Source: an uncultured Gemmatimonadales bacterium (GTDB taxonomy: Bacteria; Gemmatimonadota; Gemmatimonadetes; Gemmatimonadales; GWC2-71-9). Taken from it: a stretch of 64,000 nucleotides of DNA. The stretch spans positions 3,565-67,564 of the forward strand of contig CAWCVB010000014.1 of the NCBI GenBank assembly GCA_963798915.1, given 5' to 3'. The notes below the pieces were generated by a model. It made no database searches. It was not told the DNA's origin and saw only the letters and a list, made by a program, of their open reading frames with translations. Positions 57,204 to 64,000 of this stretch are shown piece after piece; positions within the stretch are counted from its first letter, which is position 1, and every line of letters starts with the position of its first letter. The position numbers and the translations under genes were made by a program.

Positions 57204-57333
57204 GGGCGGCCCGCGGGATCACGACGGAATATTTCGATGAGCGGCGATACCGTAGGGGCGGCCCGCGGGATCACGACGGGATAGCTCGATGAGTGGCGGA
57301 TACCGTAGGGGCGGCCCGCGGGCCGCCCTTACG
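57201..57333. repeat. 52-53-bp repeat x2.5 ending in palindrome GTAGGGGCGGCCCGCGGGCCGCCCTTAC
   Basis: TAGGGGCGGCCCGCGGG occurs at 57201, 57253 and 57306. The last copy is a near-perfect 28-nt palindrome, the same family as 17849-17876. The block starts on the trmD stop codon. Confidence 0.9.
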
Positions 57334-57386
57334 GGCCGCGGGTGAGCAATGATGCGCGTATGGGAATCAATTTTGGGGGGTGTACC

Positions 57387-57734
57387 ATGGAGCGGTTGGC
57401 GGCGGCGGCCAGAGAAGGCCTGCGCACGGATATGCCGGCGTTCGAGCCGGGTGACACGGTACGCGTGATGGTCCGCGTCACGGAAGGCGAGAAGGAGCGG
57501 CTGCAGGCGTTCGAGGGTGTCGTCATCGCCAAGCGCGGCGGTGGCGTGAGCGAAAATTTTACGGTCCGGAAGGTGTCGGCCGGCGTCGGGGTGGAGCGCA
57601 TCTTCCCGATGCATAGCCCGATGCTCGCCTCAGTGGACCTGGTGCGGCGTGGCAAGGTCCGCCGGGCCAAGCTGTATTACCTTCGCCGCCTGAGCGGCAA
57701 GGCCGCACGCATCAAGGAGAAGCGCGAGCGCTGA
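57387..57734 (+). CDS. rplS: 50S ribosomal protein L19
   Basis: [35 protein letters not shown]...RRAKLYYLR. Start at ATG 57387. Confidence 0.95.
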   Translation: MERLAAAAREGLRTDMPAFEPGDTVRVMVRVTEGEKERLQAFEGVVIAKRGGGVSENFTVRKVSAGVGVERIFPMHSPMLASVDLVRRGKVRRAKLYYLRRLSGKAARIKEKRER

Positions 57735-57735
57735 G

Positions 57736-58359
57736 ATGCCCGTGGAGCCCACGATCCTCCGCGAAGCGGCGGCGTGGGCCGACGCCTGCCTCCTGGCAGG
57801 GGTGGATGAAGTCGGCCGCGGTCCACTGGCAGGTCCAGTGGTTGCCGCGGCCATTGTCTTTCCCCGAAACTTCCGCCCCATTCCCGGCGTCCGAGACAGC
57901 AAGACACTGGCCGCGGGCCAGCGCGATGAACTTGCGCTGCTCATCCGGGGTTCCGCGCTCCTGCTGGGACTCGGCGCCGCCTCCGTCCGGGAAATAGACC
58001 TGCTCAATATCCGGGTTGCCACCGCGCTGGCCATGCGGCGCGCCGTGTGCCGGATTGCGGGCCGCCTCGATCGATATCGAATCCTGGTGGACGGACTGCC
58101 ATTCAGGGAACTGGGCTATCCCCACGAGGCACTGGTGGACGGCGACGCCCACTGCTTTTCCATTGCTGCTGCCGGCATCGTGGCCAAGACCGTCCGGGAC
58201 CGGCTGATGCGGCGCCTGGCCGTGCGGTACCCGGGTTACGGCTGGGAGACCAACGTCGGTTATGGCACGCCGGAGCACCAGCTCGGGCTCTCCCGCCTGG
58301 GCCCCTGTGCGCACCATCGCCGGTCGTTTGGCCCGGTGGCACAGCTCCAGATATTCTGA
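57736..58359 (+). CDS. rnhB: Ribonuclease HII
   Basis: AGVDEVGRGPLAGPVVAAA and DSKTL motifs. It follows rplS directly. Confidence 0.9.
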   Translation: MPVEPTILREAAAWADACLLAGVDEVGRGPLAGPVVAAAIVFPRNFRPIPGVRDSKTLAAGQRDELALLIRGSALLLGLGAASVREIDLLNIRVATALAMRRAVCRIAGRLDRYRILVDGLPFRELGYPHEALVDGDAHCFSIAAAGIVAKTVRDRLMRRLAVRYPGYGWETNVGYGTPEHQLGLSRLGPCAHHRRSFGPVAQLQIF

Positions 58360-58406
58360 CGGCCGGCTGACTCCCACGCGCCGGCGGCTTCCTCACGAGG
58401 TTCTCG

Positions 58407-60842
58407 ATGCGAATCTTCCGCCGGTCCATCCTGCTTTCCGCCATCCTCGCCAGCCCGCTCGCGGCGCAGTCCAATCTTGAGCGCATGTCCAACGACCGTT
58501 ACACCCGGTCGCACGACTACGATCTGGTGCACCAGCGCATCGAACTCGCGAACATCAGCTGGGATTCCCTGACGTTCGACGGCCGGGTGGTCTCGACGCT
58601 GGTGTCGCTGCGTGCCGGTCTTGATTCGGTGGTGCTGGATGCGGGTCACCTCCTGGAAGTCGGTCAGGCCAGCGCCGGGAACGCTCGGCTCCGCACCGCG
58701 CAACACGGCGATTCGCTGGTGGTATTCCTCGCTGAACCGGCGGCGTTCGGCGACACGGTCCGCTTCACGGTCGATTACCGTGCCCACATCGAAAACGGCC
58801 AGGGTCTCACATTCAAGAAGGCCGAGACCGGACACGCCCACTATCCGCAGCAGCTCTGGAGCCAGGGCGAAGACGACAACAATCACGACTGGTTCCCGAC
58901 CTACGACTTTCCCAATGACAAGATGACCTGGGAACTGCTCGCGACGGTGCCGGCCGAGTATACCGTGGTCTCCAATGGGTCGCTGATTTCCGACACGCGC
59001 ACCGCCGCTGGCCACACGGTGCATTGGTCCCAGGCGGAGCCGTCGGCGACCTATCTGGTGTCGCTCATTGTCGCCCCGCTCGTGAAGGTCCACGACGCCT
59101 GGCATGGCAAGCCGGTGGACTACTACGTCTATCGGGAAGACAGTGCGCTGGCCATGCCGCTCTTCAAGGTCACGCCCGACATGATCCAGGTGTACTCCGA
59201 CCTGACCGGCGTCGCGTATCCCTGGGCCAAGTACGCCCAGACCACCGTGGCCGATTTCTTCGGCGGCATGGAGAATGTCAGCGCCACCACGCTGGTGGAC
59301 TGGTTGCCCGACGCGCGTGCGTACCAGGACCGGCCCTGGTTCCAGTACATCCTGATTCCGCACGAGCTGGCTCACCAGTGGTTCGGCGACGACGTGACGA
59401 CCGAGAACTGGGCCAACATGTGGCTCAATGAGGGCTTTGCCGAGTTCATGCCGGGCCAGTACTGGGGCACGCGGCTGGGCCGGCACGCTGAGGAGGACTA
59501 TTACCTGGACGAATACCGGCAATTCATGGGCATCGACCGACGGCGGCGGATGCCGGTCGCGGCACTCGGGTCGAATAACATCTATCCCCGCGGCGCGCTC
59601 ATCCTGGAAATGCTCAAGAAGCGGCTCGGGCCGGATCGCTTCTGGGCGGCGATCAACCGATACCTGACGGATCACCGATTCGAGAATGCCACCACCGACG
59701 ACCTGCGACAGGCCTTCCTCGACGCCACCGGCCAGAACCTCGACGAGTTCTGGGACCAGTGGATCTATCAGGCGGGGTATCCCGAATTCACCGTGGCACA
59801 GGCCTACGATGCCACCGCCCATCGCCTGACCCTGCACGTGACACAGACCCAGGTGGACAGCAGCAAGGCGGACAGCACCGGGCTTCGCTTCACCACGCCG
59901 GATGTATTTCGGATGCCGGTGACAATCCGCGTCACCACCGCCGCCGGAGAGCGGCTGGTGACGGCCCAGCTGGATGCGCGGGAGCAGTCGATCACCGTGG
60001 ACAGCGTCATGCGCCCGCCAACCATGGTCATCTTCGACGATGGCAACACGATCCTCAAGAAGCTGACCTTCGACCAGCCGACGGCTCAGTTGGCCGAGCA
60101 GCTCCAGCGCGATCCTGACTTGTGGAATCGCCAGTGGGTCATCGATCAGCTGGCAACGCGCACCACGGACAAGGCGGCGGCCGCCGCCCTGGCGCGCGCG
60201 GCCCGAGGCGCCGACTACTACCTGACGCGCAGCCAGGCGGTCGAAGCGCTGGATTCCTTCCCGGCCCCGCTGGCGCTCGCGCCGGTGCGCGCCGCGCTCA
60301 AGGACACCTCATCCGCGGTACGCTCCGCCGCGCTGGGTACGCTTGCTGCGCTCGACGGGGCAGAGAAGGACGCGATCAAGCTCGCCCAGGCTGCATGGCA
60401 GAAGGATTCCAGTTACCAGGTGCGCGCCGCAGCGCTGGAAACGCTGATCGCCGTGGATTCCACCCACCGCGCCGACCATATCCGCGCCGGTTTGGCGACA
60501 CCCTCATACCGTGACGATATCCAGAACAGCGCGTTCTCAGGCATGGCGCGCTATCCGGGAACCGTGCCGGCTTCGAGTATCGAGCCCCTGCTCGGCAAGC
60601 AGCAGCTTCCGTCCTTTCTCCTGGCCGCGCTCGCGCGTCGGGGCGACACCGCTGCGACGCAGATCCTGCTGAAGCACCTCGACGAGGAGCGTGCATGGGT
60701 GCGCCAATGGGTGCTGCAGGCCTTCCGAAACGGGATGCCCCACGATCAGGCGGTGCGCGCATTGCAGCCGGTGGCTGCAACGCTGACGCATGAAGATGTG
60801 AAGTCGGCGGTCCAGAAGCTTCTCGAGGCTCCGGCCCGGTGA
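58407..60842 (+). CDS. pepN: M1-family aminopeptidase N with C-terminal HEAT-like repeats
   Basis: Signal peptide, FGGMEN, HELAHQWFGDDVT...WLNEGFAEF. The C-terminal Ala/Leu-rich repeats include a VRSAAL motif. Confidence 0.85.
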   Translation: MRIFRRSILLSAILASPLAAQSNLERMSNDRYTRSHDYDLVHQRIELANISWDSLTFDGRVVSTLVSLRAGLDSVVLDAGHLLEVGQASAGNARLRTAQHGDSLVVFLAEPAAFGDTVRFTVDYRAHIENGQGLTFKKAETGHAHYPQQLWSQGEDDNNHDWFPTYDFPNDKMTWELLATVPAEYTVVSNGSLISDTRTAAGHTVHWSQAEPSATYLVSLIVAPLVKVHDAWHGKPVDYYVYREDSALAMPLFKVTPDMIQVYSDLTGVAYPWAKYAQTTVADFFGGMENVSATTLVDWLPDARAYQDRPWFQYILIPHELAHQWFGDDVTTENWANMWLNEGFAEFMPGQYWGTRLGRHAEEDYYLDEYRQFMGIDRRRRMPVAALGSNNIYPRGALILEMLKKRLGPDRFWAAINRYLTDHRFENATTDDLRQAFLDATGQNLDEFWDQWIYQAGYPEFTVAQAYDATAHRLTLHVTQTQVDSSKADSTGLRFTTPDVFRMPVTIRVTTAAGERLVTAQLDAREQSITVDSVMRPPTMVIFDDGNTILKKLTFDQPTAQLAEQLQRDPDLWNRQWVIDQLATRTTDKAAAAALARAARGADYYLTRSQAVEALDSFPAPLALAPVRAALKDTSSAVRSAALGTLAALDGAEKDAIKLAQAAWQKDSSYQVRAAALETLIAVDSTHRADHIRAGLATPSYRDDIQNSAFSGMARYPGTVPASSIEPLLGKQQLPSFLLAALARRGDTAATQILLKHLDEERAWVRQWVLQAFRNGMPHDQAVRALQPVAATLTHEDVKSAVQKLLEAPAR

Positions 60843-62236
60843 TGCGGTGGTGGCGCGGGCCGGCGCTGGTCGCCGCCATAACTGCGAGTGTGGCTGCCCG
60901 CGAGGTGGTGGCCCAGCTCCCCTCCGATGTGGCGGTCCGGACAACCGTTGACTCACTGGCCGGGGCTGCGTTGAGCGACGGGCCGGTGGCGGGCATGGTG
61001 GTCGAAGTTGTGCGCGGGGCTGATACGATCGTGAACCGCGGCTACGGGCTGGCCGACATCGCGAGCCGCCGGCCGGCTACCGACTCGACGGTGTTTCGTA
61101 TCGGGTCCATCACCAAGCAATTCACGGCTTCACTCATCATGCAGCTGGTGGAGCAGGGCAAGGTTGCCCTGGCCGACTCGCTCACCCGGTTCCTGCCCGA
61201 CTACCCCGTGCAGGGTCATGACGTCAGAGTCTTCCACCTGCTGACGCACACCTCCGGCATCAAGAGCTACACGTCGCTCGGCCCCAGGTGGTCAGCGCAC
61301 ATGGGCGAAGCCATGCCGCTGGACACGCTCATTGCCCTGTTCAAGGACGAGCCCTTTGACTTCGCGCCGGGCGCCCGCTTTCTCTATGACAACTCCGGCT
61401 ATGTGCTGCTGGGGAAGATCATCGAAGTGGTGACCGGCAAGCCCTATGCGACGTACCTCACCGAGAGTCTGCTCCGTCCGCTGGGCTTGCACCACACTCG
61501 CTACTGCCCTGACACGCCCCGGCCGCCGTCCGACGCCATGGGGTATACGCCAGGCGCCAATGGCCTCGCACCGGCACGTCCACTCAGCATGACCCAGCCA
61601 TTCGCAGCTGGCGCACTCTGCTCCACCGTGGGCGACCTGGTGCGCTGGACAGCGCTGCTGCATTCCGGCAAGGTGGTAGCGCCGGCATCATTCGCCCGGA
61701 TGACGGCACCGGTTCCACTCGACAATGGCGACACCTCAGCCTACGGATTCGGCCTGGCCGTGGGCAATCTCGACGGGCATCGCTGGATCGGGCACGGCGG
61801 CGGCATCAACGGGTTCGTGTCCCAGCTCGTGCGTTACCCGGATGATGACGTGACGATCGCCGTGCTGGTGAATTCCGAAGGCGGTGTTGCCGATGCAGTG
61901 GCGGAGAATGCGGCCCGGGCCGCCCTCGGGATTCCCATCCTCCCGCCGAAGGACCTGGCCGTGCCATCCGCCGAGCGGCAGCGACTGCTGGGAAGCTACA
62001 GCTCGGGCGGGTTCACGATTCGGGTGGTGGAACGCGACAGTCTCCTCGCCATCCAGCCCACCGGGCAGCCAGAGGTCCGGCTGCTGGCGCAGGGCGGGGG
62101 CGTCTATCTGCCCAAGCCGGCGCCAGATCAGGAAATCCGGTTTGTCGGTAACGGCGGCCATCCGGAGGCGATGACCATTTCAGTGGGAGGCCGGGTGGTT
62201 TGGACCGGTCAGCGGGTGGCCACGACCGGCGACTGA
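60839..62236 (+). CDS. Serine hydrolase, beta-lactamase/PBP4-like family
   Basis: Signal peptide, SITKQF (SxxK), YDNSGY (YxN) and a downstream HGGG motif. The GTGATG start overlaps the pepN stop. Confidence 0.8.
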   Translation: MMRWWRGPALVAAITASVAAREVVAQLPSDVAVRTTVDSLAGAALSDGPVAGMVVEVVRGADTIVNRGYGLADIASRRPATDSTVFRIGSITKQFTASLIMQLVEQGKVALADSLTRFLPDYPVQGHDVRVFHLLTHTSGIKSYTSLGPRWSAHMGEAMPLDTLIALFKDEPFDFAPGARFLYDNSGYVLLGKIIEVVTGKPYATYLTESLLRPLGLHHTRYCPDTPRPPSDAMGYTPGANGLAPARPLSMTQPFAAGALCSTVGDLVRWTALLHSGKVVAPASFARMTAPVPLDNGDTSAYGFGLAVGNLDGHRWIGHGGGINGFVSQLVRYPDDDVTIAVLVNSEGGVADAVAENAARAALGIPILPPKDLAVPSAERQRLLGSYSSGGFTIRVVERDSLLAIQPTGQPEVRLLAQGGGVYLPKPAPDQEIRFVGNGGHPEAMTISVGGRVVWTGQRVATTGD

Positions 62237-62919
62237 GGCGTCAGCAGCCACTCGGCGACCGGGGCCAGCGCCTCGGCGGCCGCAACCGGATCATCCGTGC
62301 GTGGCAGCCCGATCACGCGCGGCACACCAGAGAGCCGCTGGATGGCGGCGGCGTTGCTTCCGGTGCTGCTGTCGGGCGATGACGGTGGGGTGAGGAGCGT
62401 CGCGACCACCGGTACCGCGGCCAGCTCCAGCGCGCCCAGGGTGAGGAGCATGTGATTGAGCGTGCCGCGGCGATCGCAGCCGACCACGATGGCACGGGCG
62501 TCGAGCCCCTGGGCAACATCCACCAGGCACCACTCCCAGGTAAACGGCGAGAGCAGCCCGCTCGCCCCTTCCACCAGCAGCAGGTCGCAGCGCGACGCAT
62601 AGCGCTCAATGCTGAGCAGCGTCTCATCGAAGTCGAGAGAGACGCCGGCCCGTTCGGCGGCGAGCGCGGGCGCCAGCTCGTCGGGAAAGCGGTACAGCGC
62701 CTCGAGCGGCGCCTCCTGGCCGGTGGCCCGGGCCAGGATCACGCCGTCCTCGTGCTCGCGGCCCTCATCGCTGCATCCGGTTTCCACCAGCTTGATGGCG
62801 CGGACATCCCGGCCCGCGCGCCGCAGTGCGCGACTGAGTGCAGCCGTGACCCAGGTCTTGCCGACTTCGGTGTCGGTGCCGGTCACGATCACGACATTGC
62901 TGCGGCGCGTCTCACTCAT
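62209..62919 (-). CDS. bioD: Dethiobiotin synthetase
   Basis: ATG 62919. VIVTGTDTEVGKTWVTAAL (P-loop), LLVEGASGL. Confidence 0.85.
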   Translation of the reverse strand: MSETRRSNVVIVTGTDTEVGKTWVTAALSRALRRAGRDVRAIKLVETGCSDEGREHEDGVILARATGQEAPLEALYRFPDELAPALAAERAGVSLDFDETLLSIERYASRCDLLLVEGASGLLSPFTWEWCLVDVAQGLDARAIVVGCDRRGTLNHMLLTLGALELAAVPVVATLLTPPSSPDSSTGSNAAAIQRLSGVPRVIGLPRTDDPVAAAEALAPVAEWLLTPQSPVVATR

Positions 62920-64000
62920 GGGATGCTCCAAAGAGGGTCTGGCAGCTCTCCACCAGGGTGTCGGCCAGGAAGTCGAGTTCCGAGTGGGTGATGGTGATTG
63001 GTGGGACCAGCATGACGACGTCATCGCTGGCGATCAGGAACACGCCCCGCTGGCGCGCTGCGGCGCAGACCCGACGCGCACGTGCGTCGCCCGGCTCGCC
63101 ACCGGGCGACCCCTCGACCTGGACACCCGCCACCAACCCGTACTGGCGAATTGCCGCCACGCCCGGCGCGGCGGCCACGCGCTCCAGCACGGTGGAAAAG
63201 TATTCGGCATGTCCGGGCAGTCGTTCCAGGAGGCCGGTGCGATCAAAGATGTCGAGCGTGGCCAGCGCCGCGCTGGCTGCCAGCTGGTTTCCGCTGAAAC
63301 TGTAGCCATGCGCAAACAGCACGTCCGCTCCATCCACGAAGCGATCATGAATCCGGTCGGTCGCGAGCACGGCACCCATGGGCAGGTAGCCACCCGTCAA
63401 GCCGTTGGAAAGGCAGAGCAGGTCGGGCGTGATCCGTTCCTTTTCGCACGCAAACATGGCGGCCGAGCGCCCGAAGCCGATTGCGGTCTCATCGGCAATG
63501 AGGAATGTGCCGGCCGCGCTGGCACGCTCCCGCACTCGGGCGGCGAAGCCATGTGGCTGGGTGCGGACGCCTGCCGGCAGCTGCACGCCCGGCTCCAGAA
63601 TCACGGCCGCGAGCCGGCTGCGCTCCCGCTCGAGCAGTTGCAGGAACTCATCCGGGGAGCCAGCCTCGAGCATGCCCAGCGAGCGGTCGCCCAGGGAACC
63701 ATGCGCCGCGCCCGCCAGCCGCAGGAAGCGGGTCCGCTCGCGATCGTCCGGGTCCTGGCTCCGCTGCCAGAACTCGCCAGCCATCTGCAGCGCCGCGCGA
63801 ACGGCGGTTGAACCATCGTCAGTGTAGAACACCCGGCACAGACCGTCCGGCGCCCGTTCAGCCAGGCGATGAGCCAGCGTCACGGCTGGCACGCTTGCGT
63901 GGCCGTGGAATGTGGAGTGGGCGATCCGGGAGAGCTGCTCGCGAATGGCCTCGTCGATCTCGGGCCGGGAGTGCCCCAGCAGGTTGCACCAGCGGGAACT
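62912..64000 (-). CDS. bioA: Adenosylmethionine-8-amino-7-oxononanoate aminotransferase BioA, partial (5' end beyond window), with Asn at the PLP-lysine position
   Basis: The frame stays open to position 64000 (SSRWCNLLGHSRPEIDEAIREQL...). DDGSTAV, IADETAIGFGRS and HGYSFSGN match BioA. The CL-S-N-G-LTGG segment replaces the canonical GKALTGG/SKGLTGG. Confidence 0.85.
   Translation of the reverse strand, partial: SSRWCNLLGHSRPEIDEAIREQLSRIAHSTFHGHASVPAVTLAHRLAERAPDGLCRVFYTDDGSTAVRAALQMAGEFWQRSQDPDDRERTRFLRLAGAAHGSLGDRSLGMLEAGSPDEFLQLLERERSRLAAVILEPGVQLPAGVRTQPHGFAARVRERASAAGTFLIADETAIGFGRSAAMFACEKERITPDLLCLSNGLTGGYLPMGAVLATDRIHDRFVDGADVLFAHGYSFSGNQLAASAALATLDIFDRTGLLERLPGHAEYFSTVLERVAAAPGVAAIRQYGLVAGVQVEGSPGGEPGDARARRVCAAARQRGVFLIASDDVVMLVPPITITHSELDFLADTLVESCQTLFGASHE

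Overview
The window is a high-GC, gene-dense stretch of chromosome from a diderm bacterium. Outer-membrane porin and TonB-receptor genes and many lipoboxes support this. The gene content looks Gemmatimonadota-like, but I cannot verify that without a database search. About 60 protein genes are supportable. I found no rRNA, tRNA, CRISPR array or transposase. Most of the window is housekeeping: dnaK; a porin-pstSCAB-pstB-phoU phosphate-uptake operon; an arsR-phoB-phoR operon; a nucleotide and nucleoside scavenging block (two-module 5'-nucleotidase, add, nupC, purine nucleoside phosphorylase, plus deoC and an aldehyde dehydrogenase elsewhere); ffh-rpsP-rimM-trmD-rplS-rnhB; bioA-bioD; thiD; and many exported peptidases (HtrA, M49-like, M61, S10, M48, M1, rhomboid, prepilin peptidase). 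Five things stand out. (1) A roughly 3-kb, lower-GC cassette at 51.3-54.3 kb carries 4-5 translationally coupled small exported or lipoprotein genes, one with a DUF4329-like HTHG module. It sits between a frameshifted tetR and a repeat block. (2) Intergenic repeats are pervasive: degenerate 7-, 8- and 9-nt tandem arrays, often as inverted blocks around GC-rich palindromes of the type GGGGCGG-loop-CCGCCCC. (3) One of these elements lies in frame inside an aldehyde dehydrogenase gene and forms the linker of an apparent two-module fusion. (4) Pho-box-like direct repeats with 7+4+7 spacing lie upstream of the porin-pst operon and between a PAP2 phosphatase and a GT4 glycosyltransferase. (5) BioA has Asn at the position of its PLP-binding lysine. 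All family calls come from motifs read by eye. Start codons are inferred and no similarity search was possible.
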